NCBI RefSeq assembly: GCF_009914755.1
Contig: NC_060947.1
Length of the DNA: 64,000 bases
Reading direction: 5' to 3' (one strand)
DNA from: the human T2T-CHM13v2.0 reference genome, Homo sapiens
The notes under the pieces were generated by a model, which had not been told where the DNA came from, made no database searches, and saw only the letters and a list, made by a program, of their open reading frames with translations. Of this stretch, positions 1-15,216 are shown in pieces. How positions within the stretch are numbered: the first letter of the stretch is position 1; every line of letters begins with the position of its first letter. The translations under genes and the position numbers were made by a program.

Positions 1-2467
1 GAGGAGCGCCTCTTCCCAGCCGCCATCACATCTAGGAAGTGAGGAGCGTCTCTGCCCGGCCGCCCATCGTCTGAGATGTGGGGAGCGCCTCTGCCCCGCC
101 GCCCCATCTGGGATGTGAGGAGCGCCTCTGCCCGGCCAAGACCCCGTCTGGGAGGTGAGGAGCGTCTCTGCCTGGCCGCCCCGTCTGAGAAGTGAGGAGA
201 CCCTCTGCCTGGCAACCACCCCGTCTGAGAAGTGAGGAGCCCCTCCGCCCGGCAGCTGCCCCGTCTGAGAAGTGAGGAGCCTCTCCGCCCGGCAGCCACC
301 CCATCTGGGAGGGAGGTGGGGGGGGGTCAGCCCCCCGCCCGGCCAGCCGCCCCATCCGGGAGGGAGGTGGGGGGGTCAGCCCCCCCGCCCGGCCAGCCGT
401 GCCATCCGGGAGGGAGGTGGGGGGGTCAGCCCCCCGCCTGGCCAGCCGTGCCATCCGGGAGGGAGGTGGGGGGGTCAGCCCCCCGCCCGGCCAGCCGCCC
501 CGTCCGGGAGGTGAGGGGCGCCTCTGCCCGGCCGCCCCTACTGGGAAGTGAGGAGCCCCTCAGCCCGGCCAGCCACCCCGTCCGGGAGGGAGATGGGGGG
601 GTCAGCCCCCCACCTGGCCAGCCGCCCCGTCCGGGAGGGAGGTGGGGGGGTCAGCCCTCCGCCCGGCCAGCCGCCCCATCTGGGAGGTGAGGGGCGCCTC
701 TGCCCAGCCGCCCCTACTGGGAAGTGAGGAGCCCCTCTGCCCGGCCAGCCGCCCCGTCCGGGAGGGAGGTGGGGGGGTCAGCCCCCCGCCCGGCCAGCTG
801 CCCTGTCCGGGAGGGAGGTTGAGGGGGGGGTCAGCCCCCCCGCCCAGCCAGCCGCCCTGTCCGGGAGGTGAGGGGCGCCTCTGCCCGGCCGCCCCTACTG
901 GGAAGTGAGGAGCCCCTCTGCCCGGCCAGCCGCCCCGTCCGGGAGGGAGGTGGGGGGGTCGGCCCCCTGCCCGGCCAGCCGCCCCGTCCGGGAGGGAGGT
1001 GGGGGGGTCGGCCCCCCGCCCGGCCAGCCGCCCCATCTGGGAGGTGAGGGGCGCCTCTGCCCAGCCGCCCCTACTGGGAAGTGAGGAGCCCCTCTGCCCG
1101 GCCAGCCGCCCCGTCCGGGAGGGAGGTGGGGGGGTCAGCCCCCCGCCCGGCCAGCTGCCCTGTCCGGGAGGGAGGTTGAGGGGGGGGTCAGCCCCCCCGC
1201 CCAGCCAGCCGCCCTGTCCGGGAGGTGAGGGGCGCCTCTGCCCGGCCGCCCCTACTGGGAAGTGAGGAGCCCCTCTGCCCGGCCAGCCGCCCCGTCCGGG
1301 AGGGAGGTGGGGGGGTCGGCCCCCTGCCCGGCCAGCCGCCCCGTCCGGGAGGGAGGTGGGGGGGTCGGCCCCCCGCCCGGCCAGCCGCCCCGTCCGGGAG
1401 GGAGGTGGGGGGGGGTCGGCCCCCCTGCCCGGCCAGCCACCCCGTCCGGGAGGTGAGGGGCGCCTCTGCCCGGCCGCCCCTACTGGGAAGTGAGGAGCCC
1501 CTCTGCCCGGCCAGCCGCCCCGTCCGGGAGGGAGGTGGGGGGGTCGGCCCCCCGCCCGGCCAGCCGCCCCGTCCGGGAGGGAGGTGGGGGGGGTCGGCCC
1601 CCCGCCCGGCCAGCCGCCCCGTCCGGGAGGTGAGGGGCGCCTCTGCCCGGCCGCCCCTACTGGGAAGTGAGGAGCCCCTCTGCCCGGCCAGCCGCCCCGT
1701 CCGGGAGGGAGGTGGGGGGGTCAGCCGCCCCGTCCGGGAGGGAGGTTGGGGGGTCAGCCCCCCGCCCGGCCAGCCGCCCCGTCCGGGAGGGAGGTGGGGG
1801 GGGTCAGCCCCCCTGCCCAGCCAGCCGCCCCGTCCGGGAGGGAGGTGGGGGGGTCAGCCCCCTGCCCGGCCAGCCGCCCCGTCCGGGAGGTGAGGGGCGC
1901 CTCTGCCCGGCCACCACCCCGTCTGGGAGGTGTGCCCAACAGCTCATTGAGAACGGGCCAGGATGACAATGGCGGCTTTGTGGAATAGAAAGGCGGGAAA
2001 GGTGGGGAAAAGATTGAGAAATCGGATGGTTGCCGTGTCTGTGTGGAGAGAAGTAGACATGGGAGACTTTTCATTTTGTTCTGCACTAAGAAAAATTCCT
2101 CTGCCTTGGGATCCTGTTGATCTGTGACCTTACCCCCAACCCTGTGCTCTCTGAAACATGTGCTGTGTCCACTCAGGGTTAAATGGATTAAGGGCGGTGC
2201 AAGATGTGCTTTGTTAAACAGATGCTTGAAGGCAGCATGCTCGTTAAGAGTCATCACCAATCCCTAATCTCAAGTAATCAGGGACACAAACACTGCGGAA
2301 GGCCGCAGGGTCCTCTGCCTAGGAAAACCAGAGACCTTTGTTCACTTGTTTATCTGCTGACCTTCCCTCCACTATTGTCCCATGACCCTGCCAAATCCCC
2401 CTCTGTGAGAAACACCCAAGAATTATCAATAAAAAAATAAATTTAAAAAAAAAAAAAAAAAAAAAAA
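1..2467 (+). mobile_element. SVA retrotransposon (SVA_F-like): VNTR, SINE-R and poly(A); 5' end lies outside the window; in PHKA1 intron 5, antisense to the gene
   Basis: GC-rich 35-50 bp VNTR units at 1-1930; SINE-R at about 1930-2430 (GGGCCAGGATGACAATGGCGGCTTTG..., CACCAATCCC, GTAATCAGGG); AATAAA at 2428 followed by a long pure A tail. Confidence 0.95.
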
Positions 2468-2664
2468 GAAAGTTTTTCAGGCAGAAGGAAATAATGCCAG
2501 TTGGAAATCTGAATCTACATGAAGAAAAGAAGTACACCAGAAATGGTAAATGAATTTCTAATTTTTATTTAAATATACTTAAAAGATAACTGTCCAATTA
2601 ACAGAAATAAAAAATAATGTGTTGGTCACAAAGGAGGAGGGTGGTTAGTAAGAAGTGGAAAACA

Positions 2665-3440
<776 letters not shown>

Positions 3441-4006
3441 AAAGAAAAGTTGTCTATGTTAGACTGAAGAAGAAAAAAATCGCATTCCTGTATAGTGTCT
3501 AACTTAACATTTTATACAGAGAAGATGTTAAATATATTATGATTTAACAGAAACCTACCTCATATGGTAGTTGTAAGGAAAAATAACTTATTTGCATTGT
3601 AAGCACTGAATCAACACCTACAGATAATATTACAAACATGACTAAATTTTATTTCTAAGTAGCTAACTGACCCACAATACAACCTAGCTATCTTGCTCTT
3701 AAGAACTTAAATCATTAAAATAAGACCACAATTTAGCCCAGATTGCCAAATACATACCATGAGATATCACAGAGTTTGAAAGGAATGAAAGTATAGCATC
3801 CTGACCCTCTTGTCTCTGTAACCCCCTTGAAGAGAAGACACAGGATGACAGGTCTTAATAAAGAAAGAGGCTAAAGACAATTTCTGCCAGAAGCCTTTTA
3901 GGTTGGTTCACTATGAGCAGTAGCATTAAGAAAACAACTGAGTTGCCCAGTATTTAGAAAACAAAAACATCATATGTCTAAAATCCATTCTAAAATCAGT
4001 ACTTAC

Positions 4007-4089
4007 AGCAGTTTTATATGCAGCTTCAATGTAAAACACAAGGTTCTGTATGAAATTGACTTCATCTAGGCTGTGGATGATATGGAGTC
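4007..4089 (-). CDS. PHKA1: PHKA1 coding exon 5 ([28 protein letters not shown], 83 nt); gene continues left of the window
   Basis: Acceptor CTTTCCTCAG, donor GCT|GTAAGT; phase 1-0 completes the Gly codon split by intron 4; ORF 3926..4126. Confidence 0.97.
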
Positions 4090-5749
4090 CTGAGGAAAGA
4101 GGGAATAAAGATACAGAACTGGTCAATTATCACTATAAGCTTTATAGGCAGCCATAGTGACTAACTGATCTCACTAATCCCAAGCAATCCTACTCCTGCC
4201 TAGGAACAATGGAAGGCACTTTGATCTTAAACTATAAAAACAAGACCACAAACAAGTCCTAGGCTAGTCTCCAACTAAGCGAGATATAAGCATATTTCAA
4301 CATGGAAGAATTTTAACTGTTATTTACAGATTTTACCAAAAAGTAAAATCTGATTCTATAGGTAACTAATTTATAATATGCTTAAATGTACAAACCTAAG
4401 CACTTGGGGAATAAAAGACAAATATTTCAAAACTGAGCTGGAAGGGGTCTAAATACTAAGCAAGAAATAGATAAAATTATGATTTTAAAAAGGACTTAAA
4501 TTGCATTTTTAAGTAAAAATGATAATTATTCTAAATGTAAGCCATACAAAGATATTATAACTTACACACAGAATGTTTTACATGAATTATCCATTTAATT
4601 TTTCAACAACCACCCTAAGAGGTAAGCACCTCTATTTTCTCCATGAGGCTTAAAGGAGTTAAAAATTTTCCTAAGGTCATGTAACTAACAAATAGTGGAA
4701 CCGGGACTCAATTGACTGTTGATTTCAGTTTCATTTCAGAGAATGCTGAATGCAGTTTCATTAGGAGGTAAGATGCTATACTGCCTCCTAATATGTATAA
4801 TATGATCCATTTTTGCTTAAAAACTCCTCTCTTTATATCTCCCCCCTCAAACATACAGAACTACACAAATATATAACCAGGAGGATGTTAGTTAATAGCA
4901 GTTATCTTTGGTGGTGAGATTCAAGGTAGTTTTATTTTATCTTTTCTGGACATTTTTGCAATTTTACAGTATTCTACAAGAAACAGGTGCTACTTTTGTA
5001 ATTTTTTGTAATTTAAAGTTATATTAAAAAGCAAAATCATAATAAATCAGAAAACTGCAGGATATATTTCATAAAATTTTATACAAAATTACTTAATCCT
5101 GAGCACTAAAAGTTTTTATACACCTAAAATTTACTAAGCAGTTAACTTTTAATATACCTCTTTTATAACAATAAATATTACTGTTTACATATGAAAGACT
5201 TGGTTTGGACTATTTGATTCTAAACTAAGAAATCATTTCAGAATTTAAAAATCAGGAAGCTAATTTTTCCTTTCTGGTCTATAACAAACAGGAGGAAAAA
5301 GTGAACATCAGGTTAGCTATAGAGACTAAACTTTTAAGCTTCTCATATTTACTTGGTGGAGGCTATTCTATTTAAACAAAACATTTTTTGTTCGCATTTG
5401 TCACAAAAACAGATGTGTTGGTTTAATGGAAATGAGTACATGTGCCAGCTATGTAGTTGTGTTAGCCAGAAAAAGCCAAGAAATTCTAGTTTGCTGAACA
5501 GTGGGCATATCTAGAGCAATTAGATCTAGATGAAAAAAACTTCCTTAAAAGGACTTGAGAATGGAAAAAGTCCTCTCACATTCTTAGAAGCATGATGTAA
5601 AATGATTGTCAAATGTTTCTTAATGTCAGCTTTCAAATGAACTCCACTGTGAATATCCTGAACACCCATTCCAGTTCAGAAAGAATTCTAAGACCTAACA
5701 CGCCCTTCGTAAGTCAGCACTTAGTAATACTCTTTCATGAAAAAAATCA

Positions 5750-7338
5750 AACTGTGCCGAAGGATAACCAGTGAGTCTTCCTCCTACCCAGAACCACATC
5801 ACCTTCACCACTGCCAAATCTCTCTGGAGAAACCTGTTTTACCAGTTTCTTCTGTATCCTTTCAGAGATATATTATGCATGTACAAACATTACACAAAGG
5901 GTAGTACTGTATATTATACTGCATTTTGCTTTTTCATATATAAGTAACTTGGAGATAATTTCAAATACATCTGTCTCATTTTTTTAATAGCTACAGAACA
6001 TTTCACTGAACGGTTACTCATGTAACCAGTTCCCTACGGAAGGACATTTCGGTTGTATCAAATCTTTCCTCACTACAATGTTGCAATGAGTATTTGTGGA
6101 AATATATCTTTATGCACATGTGCCAGTATATCAGGGCAGATTCTTGGAATTGCTGACCCAAAGATGTATGCATATTATTTTCCAATGTTTTATTATGAAC
6201 ACTTTCAAACAAACAGAAAAATATGGAACAATTTTACAGAGGACCCCTGTATACTCACCATCTGAACTCCACCATTAACATTTTAGTATACTTTGTTCAT
6301 CATATATCTATCCATCTTCCTTTTTGATACATTTCAGAGTAAGCTGCAGATATCCGTACACTTCCCTCTAAATACTTCATCATGTATATTAAATTTTGAT
6401 AATCATCTCCAAGTTATTCTTCAAAGAAATTCTACAGTTTATATACCAACACTGACTGCCTGTTTCCCTACATCTTTGCAAACACAGGCTTTAAAAAAAA
6501 TTTTTAATCTTTGTCTCACTTTAGTGGATAAGAAATAGAAGCCCCTTGTAGTTTAATTTCCAGTTTTTTATTATGAGTAAGGTTGTAAATCTTTTGATAT
6601 ATTTATAAGCTATCTGTGTTTCATATTTCTTTTCCTATGAACTGTTTGGTCATGTCCTTCAGATTTTTACTGAATTGCTGGTCTTCCTGGTACATACATA
6701 TACCAGTCTTTGCATATGTATGGTCTTAGTATATATATATAAAATGGCATATGTATGGTCTTGGTATATACATATATATACATGCACCATCTGTATAATA
6801 TTAAGCCTCATTCTCTGTCATTTTTAAAAACTTTATTGAGATACATAAAAAGTATGCATTGTAAGTATATATTGCCAGAAAGACTGGCAATTCAATAGAA
6901 ATCAGAGGCTGAGAGAAGGCAGAAGTATGAAACTGGCCTTATTCATCTCTTAGATTTGTATCACAGCCATACCATACAAATGCCACATATTTCTACCACT
7001 TATGTCCTTTTGCTCATAATCTCCATTCATATGGCCTTCCCTTCCTTCCCATATCTTGAAATCTCACTGTTCTTTCAAGTTCCAGCTCAAATGCTATCTC
7101 CTCTGTGATGCTGTCATTGCTTCCCCTTTTCTGTGGTTCACACAAACATACTGTGTGTGTGTGTTTGTGTGTGTGTATTTGCTCAGCATTAAACTTTAAA
7201 AAAAACTTCTTTCTCTATTATTGATATTTTAACAAATATTAAGGAAATTAGTCCGTTGCACATCATATGTGTTGCAAGTATTTTTGCTAGTTTGTTGGAA
7301 TTTGGACTTGTTTATAGTATTTTTTTATTATCAGAAAC
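5750..7338 (-). mobile_element. Old L1ME-like fragments, interrupted at about 6690-7190 by a duplicated cassette
   Basis: Degenerate L1M 3'-region phrases on both sides of the interruption. Confidence 0.55.
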
Positions 7339-7635
<297 letters not shown>

Positions 7636-9832
7636 ACATCTAAATCTTTGATCTATTAACATATATTTTAAATCATGGAACTGTGTAACTTTATAATTAA
7701 AAAGAACTATATGATTGGTATTATCAGATTGCAAACTCCTCCTGATCCATGGCTCTGTCAAAATAGCATCCATAGCACAGGGAAGCTGCAGAAGCAAAGT
7801 GGCAAAGTGTGTTTTTTCTTGCAATCGTAATGACACTAACTTCTTGGAAAGACGCCGGTAAAGAGAAGAGATGATAGTGACATGGGACATCAGCTTCATA
7901 GCTTTATCTTGTCATCTTTGTGTGACAATGCGATTGAGCAGAGACAGAGAAGGCAAAAGTATGAAACTGGTATTATTCATCTGTTAGACTTGCATCACAG
8001 CTATATCATACAAATGCCAGACATTTCTACCATTTATGTCCTTTTGCTTGTTATATTCTCCATTTAAATGGCCTTCTTCTCTCCAGATCTTGAAATCCTA
8101 CTGTTCTTTCAAGGCTCAGCTCAAATGCTATGTCCTCTGTGATGCTATCATTGATTCTCCTATTTTGTGATTCACAGAATTTTGTTTTTCTTACTTTTAT
8201 GAACTTATTTTTTTACTCTGTATTATAGACAAATGTGTACTTGAATTTTAAGGAAAGAACTACATCTTATTTATATCTGCATCTTCTAAAATTATCTCAC
8301 ATAGCCACTAAAAGTATCTCACGTAGTATTCTGAACGGTATTAAATAGCATTGAACAGTAGATGTTTGAAAATTTATTAAGTGATTTTAAACACCTCTGT
8401 TAACCACAGGAAAGGGATCAGCCTCTTGAGGAAAGGTCATAAATGGAGGACCTCTGGATCCTGTGCCTCCTGTAGAGCCCAGACACTGCTTGTCGAACAA
8501 AGAATGCAGAGGTGAGTACACATAAAATGAGATAGGGCTGGATTAGACCAAAGGTGACTATATAAAGAATACTAAGGCATACAGGGCTCCAGAAATGGAG
8601 CTAAATCAGTGGTCTATTGCACTTATATTCTGCACTCATCTGTATAACATTAAGCCTCTTTCTCTCATTTTTAGAAACAACCTTATTGAGATATGTAAAA
8701 AGCATGCATAAGAAGTATATATTCAACGGTTTTTAGTGTATGCACAGTTATGCGACCATCACCACAATCAATTTTAGAACACTGTCATCACTCCAAAAGA
8801 AACCTTGTGCCCCTTAGCAGTCACTCCCCACTTCCCTTCTACAGTTGCCCCCCAGCCTAAGTAATCACTAATCTACTTCTTGTCTCTATGATTTGCCTTA
8901 GTTGACATTCATATAAATGGAATCATACAATATGTGGCCTTTTATGTCTGGGTTCTTTCACTTAGCATAATATTTTCAAGGTTTGTCAGTGTTGTGGCAT
9001 GTACCTGTAATTCATTTTTTATTGCCCAAAATATTCCATCTTGAGAGGTAGCAGTAACATGAAAAAAAATTTAAAAATTCCATTGTGCAGATGTATCATA
9101 TTTTATTTATCCAATTATCAGTTGATAAACATTTGGGTTATTTTCATTTATGGCTATCATAAGTAATGCTGCTATAAACATTAATGTATAAGCTTTTGAG
9201 TGAACATATGTTTTCATTTCTCTTGGGTATATATATACTTAGGAGTGAAACTGCTAGATCATATGGTATCTCTTTTTTAAGCCTTTTAAGGAACTACCAG
9301 ACTCTTTTCCAAGGCAGCCGCACCATTTTACATTTCCACCAGCAGTGTATGAGGGTTCCAATTTCTCCACATCCTCAGCAACACTTATTATCTGTCTTTT
9401 TGATTACAGTCATCCTGATGGGTGTGAAGTGGTATCTCATTGTGGTTTGGACCTATATTTCTTTCAAAATTAATGATGTTCACTATCCTTTCATGTACTT
9501 ATTGGTTATCTGAACATCTTTTTGGAGGAATGTCAATTCTGATTCTTTGACCATTTTTAATTAGGTTATTTATCTTTTATATTAAGTTCTGCGAGTTCTT
9601 TTAGATACAGGTACCTTATCAGATATATGACTTGTGAATATTTTCTTCTATACTATTGGTTGCTTTTTTAGTTTCTTGATGGGGTCCTTTGAAGCACAAA
9701 AGTTCTTAATTTTGATACATTCCAGTTTATCTATTTTTTCTTCAGTAGCTTATGCTTTTCGTGCCATATCTAAGAGGCTTTTTCTTAACCCAAGGCCAGA
9801 AACATTTACTCCTGTATTTTTCTCTAAGTGTT

Positions 9833-10206
9833 TGTTATGTATTGAATTGTGTCCTCCCCCCAAAAATTTGTATATTGAAGCCCTAACCCCTAATATGACT
9901 ATATTTGGAGATAGGGACTTCAAGGAGATAATTAAGAAGATAAATGAGGTCATGAGGGTGGCCCTAACCCAATAGGGCTGCCGTCCTTATAAGAAGAGGA
10001 AGACACACCAGGAGTGCACACACATAGAGAAAAGGCCATGTAAAAACACAGAAAGGGTAGCCATCTGAAAGGCAAGATGAGGCCTCACCAGAAACCAACC
10101 CTACCAGCCTTGCTCTTGGACTTCCAGCCTCCAGAACTGTGAGAAAATAAATTTCTGTTGTTTAAGCCACCTATTCTGTGGTATTCTGTTGTGGCAGACT
10201 AATATA
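9833..10206 (+). mobile_element. MLT1A-like MaLR solo LTR nested in L1
   Basis: MLT1 LTR sequence (GGACTTCCAGCCTCCAGAACTGTGAGAAAATAAATTTCTGTTG); 5-bp TSD GTGTT at 9828-9832 and 10207-10211. Confidence 0.85.
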
Positions 10207-10252
10207 GTGTTTTAGTTTTCCTTCTTACATTTAGGCCTACAATTTATTTTGA

Positions 10253-10576
<324 letters not shown>

Positions 10577-13500
10577 TTGAGTTAATTTTTATATATGGTG
10601 TGAGGAAGAAGTCCAATTTCATTCTTTTGCATGTGGACATACAGTTGTCCCAGCACCATTTGTTGAAGAGACTATTCTTTCCCCATTGAATTATCTTGGC
10701 ACCTTTGTCAAAAATCAACTGAGCATAAAGTGATGGCTTATTTCTAACCTCTCAATTCTATTCCAAAGAGCTACATGTCTATAGTTATGCCAGTACCTGT
10801 ACTGTTTTAATTAATATAGCTTTGTAGTAAGTTTTGAAATTAGGAAATTTGAGTCCTTCAACTTTCTTCTTTTTTAAGATTGTTTTAGCTCTTCTGGGTC
10901 CTTTAAATTTCCATATAAATTTTAGAAACAGCCTGTCAATTTCTGCAAAGTCAGTTGATGTTAAATCTGTAGATTAATTTGGGAAATGTTGCCACATTAA
11001 CAATAAATCTTCTGATCCTTGAATATAGATGTCTTTCCATTTATTTAGATATTTACTTTCTTTCAACAATGTTTCATATCTTTCAAAGTACAAATTTTAT
11101 ATTTCTTCTGTTAAATTTATTCCTCATTATTTCATTTTTGATCCTATTGTAATAGAAATTATTTTTAAATTTCATTTTGGTTATTCACTGCTACTGTTTA
11201 GAAACATAACTCATTTTTGCATTTTTATCTTGTACGTTGTTACCTTGCTGAACTTTGTTTATTCTAGAGTTTTAATGAATTCCTTAGGATTTCTCTATGT
11301 AAGAACGTATCATCTGCAAATGGAGATAATTATACTCCTTCATTTATTTGATGCCTTTTATTTCTTTTTATTGGCTATTTGCCCTTGCTAAACTGCCAGT
11401 ACAATTTTAGATACTGGTGGCAAGAGTTGATGTCCTTGTCTTATTCTGATCTATGGGGAAAAGCATTCATTCTTTCACCATCAAATGTCATGTTAGCTGT
11501 GGATTTTCAAAGATGCCATTTATCAGGTTGAAAAAATTCTCCTCTATTCCTTATTTGGTAAGTATTTATCATGATAAGGTGTTGAATTTGTCAAATGTTT
11601 TTCTGTGTCTACTGAGACAATAATATATCTTTGTCCTTTATTCCACTGACATGATGTATTGCATTAATTTTCAGATAATAAAACAACCTTGCATTCCTGG
11701 AATATATATGGTTTGGTCAAGGTATATAAACTTGTTAATATATTGCTGGATTCAGTTACCTAGTATTTTGTTTATTTTTATGTCTATATTAATAAGAGAT
11801 ATTGATCTATAATTGTACTTTGTTGTGATATCTTTGTCTGGTTTTAGCATCAGAGTAATGGCTTCACAGAATGAGGTTGCAAGTGTCACCTCTTCTATTT
11901 TTGGAAGTGTTTGTAAATAATTGGTGTTCACTCTTCTTTATTTGGTAGATTTATCAGTAAAGCTATCTGCACCCGGGCTTACTTCTCTGTGGAAAGATTT
12001 TATATTACTAATTCTCTTCGATTGTAGTAAGTCTACTCAGATTTCCTTTGCTTCTTGAGTCAGATTCAGTAGTTTATCTTTCAAGAAATTTTCCCATTTC
12101 ATCAAAATTATCTAATTTTTGGTAACCAGTTGTCCATAGTATTCCCCTTTAGTTCTTTATATTTTTGTAAGGTTGTAGTGATGTCCCCTCTTTTATTCCT
12201 AGTTTTAGTAATTTGAGTATCCTCTCTTTTTCTCTTGGTCAATGTAGCTAAAGATTTATCAATTTTGTTGATCTTTTTAAAGAATGAACTTTTGGTTTTG
12301 TTGATTTTCTCTATTGTTTTTTCCATTTTCTGTTTCATTAATTTCTGCTGTAATGTTTATTACTTCATCCTTTCTCTTTGCTTTGGGTTTAGTTTGCTTG
12401 TCTTTTTCCAGTGCCTTAAGGTGGGAGGTTAGGTTACTGATTTTTCTTTCTTTTTTTTTTTTTTACATTGGTGTTTACAGGTATAAACTTCCCTCTAAGC
12501 ACTGTTTTCTCTGCTTCCTATAAGTTTTGGTATGTTGTATTTTCTTTTTCATTTAGCTCAAAGTATTTTCTCAATTTGACTCATTGGTCATTTAGGTGTG
12601 TATTGCTTAATTTCCATATATTTGTGAGATTCCTAGGTTTCTTTCTGTTCCTAATTTCATTCCATTTTGGTCATAGAACATACTTTGTGTGATTTTGAAA
12701 TCTTTCAAATTTATTGAGGCTAGTTTTATGGTATACCATATAATCTATCCTGAAAAATGTTCCATGTGCCATTGAGCTAGTATATGGTTTAGCTTCTTGC
12801 TCTTATTGAGCTACTAGCCTCCTCTTAATTGCTTAGAACCCAAATCTCCATTGTTTTTTGAGATTGCCTTTAGGCTTTAACTTTTCCACACTCTGTTAAA
12901 TAAAGTCAATTCCTTTGGGAAAAGCTACAGAGCTTTGTGTCCTTACAGCCTGCCTCTCTCCCCAGCAAAATTTCCGTGCCAGTGCTCCAGAGCTAGTGGT
13001 GAGAACAGTGGCCCACTTCTTTTGGAGTGACACCCCTGCTTTACAAATTGAGTGCTGGGAAGGGATGGTAGCCTTTGATCTTCTTAGTTTGCCCCTCCCA
13101 GTGGGGAACCTCCACCCTAATAGTGAAGTGGGCCAAGGTTAATCAGGGCCTAGCATTCTCACCCTGCCTTTTCCTGGGGAGGAGGGGAACTCCAGGCCTG
13201 TCAGCTATTCTTGCCTGAACTAGCTTTTGCAACATGGAGCTGGAGAGGATGTATCTCCTTACCTCCCTCAGAGAGATACAGTGTCCCTAAACTGGGAACT
13301 AGCTGGGGAGATTGTGCTCTTGGTTGTACCCGCCTTGAATATTGCTTCTGCCATGCTGAGGTGGGGTGGAGGGGGGAGTAGATTTAGACTCAAATGCCAC
13401 ACTCCCTCACTGCTTTTACCAATACTTGGTAGATTTCCTGGAGTAAATGTTTCTCTACCTGCTGTATGTCCTTCAGACAATTTCCAATAATGTAGTGGCT

Positions 13501-15216
13501 GGTTTTTAAAAAATAATTTTCAACATTTATGGTTGTTTTGCTGGGGGAGGTTCCATGGAGCCCCTCCTGCCCCCATTCTGTAAGTTGCAGTCAAGTTCTG
13601 TCTAAGCCTCTCTTTTAACCAAGGTGGAGATTTGTGTATTCAAAAATGTGTAGAGCATTGCTAAATACTCTGTGAAGATCTTGCATACTACCACTTAAAT
13701 CTCACATATGCCCTTTCATTCTCAAGGTAACTGCCTTACATAAATTCTGAATCAATCTTGCCTTAAAGTATTTCACTAACTTCCTAACTAGTCTGCCATC
13801 TTAACCTTCTTTCCTATCCAATCTATCTTCCTGCTACTGAAGTGAATCATCTGAAACTTCCTTGATTATTTACCTTGAATGACTCGCTACTGATGATGGC
13901 CTAAACTGCAAACTATATGGCATGGTACACAGGCCCTCGAATAGCTAGTCCCAACCTTCTAGTTTCACAGTTTGTCATTTTTCCAGATGCATGTTATACT
14001 CTAACCATAGAAGATATCCAGCCTTACCTTGATGGGCAGTACCTTTCAAATTTCCATGTTATATTCATGCTATTCCCTTCCCTTCTCTGATTTGTAAATT
14101 TCTACTTATTCCTCAAAGGCCTGATCAAATAATATCTACCTTATTCCAAGTACCTATCAAACTCTGCTGATTGAGCTGAAAATCAAATGTTAAGTCAGGA
14201 ATCAATAAACATTTGTTGAATGAATGGCTATGTCTCCTATAAGCCTCTTTGATACATTTCTGCTTGCATTCTGGACTCAAAATGAAAAACTACAAGAGAT
14301 ATTCAGACATTGTTGCTTTGTAGACATAACTCCAGAATTGGTATTAAAGTATTATTAGAAATAGAGTTATAGTTGTCATTCTATTTAAATAAATTAAACC
14401 TAAAAATACATTTATTCAGGAAGAAACCTCCCCTACAACAGGAGGACATATCTGGGTAGCCAGTTCATACTTTTAAGAAAAGGCTATTCAGCTTCTGAGC
14501 TGTGTGTTTTAGAGGAAATAAAGGAAAGGTTTATCATCAAATATTTATTTCTATTAAAAAAGGAGAAGAAGAGTATTTTGAGGGAATTCCCACCCTGGAT
14601 GCCCTTAGTACCAAGGATCTCAATAACCGGGTTGGAAGATGAAGAAATTAAAATGTCAAAAATATGGTATTTTGAGAAGTACATTAGTTTAGGAAGCTCT
14701 GGCAAAGGTCCCATTACTTTTATAAACTAGGTATAATCGGATACATTGCCCTCCCCCAATTTAGGAAAAATAAAAGGAAATTAAGTTGTTTCTTACATTT
14801 CCCTTTCTCAGGTAAAGCATCCAAAATTAATAAATTGAGAACCATCTGAAAAGGATATAGTATTCAATAATTAAAAAATTTGGATTCTGATTCCTAAGTT
14901 AATTTTCTTAATATAATTTAGATGCCTATAGACAGATGCCTTGTTTATAATATATTCATAAAGAGTAGCATAAAGTAGGTGATTGAGTTTGTATTTATAC
15001 TAACTGGCAGGCTTGTCAATGTACTGTAATGAGAACAAGCAATGAAACCTAGCCCTTCTTTGCCATCTCATGATATCTGAGAATTAATAAATAATAAAAA
15101 ATACCTGTTTCATGAAGATCTACCCCAGCCTTCCCGGTTCTCAATTTAAAAGAATATTAATTAGTACCCCAGACTCCATGCTCAGGGGCTCCCAGCACTT
15201 CTCTCCTTGTACTGAC

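Noticed and set aside
1-1930. Repeat array superficially like a CRISPR or novel tandem system
   Set aside because: Units are SVA VNTR monomers with no unique spacers; eukaryotic context
32-2537. Many overlapping Pro/Gly/Arg-rich ORFs of up to 222 aa
   Set aside because: Translations of the stop-poor SVA VNTR and SINE-R in several frames; not genes
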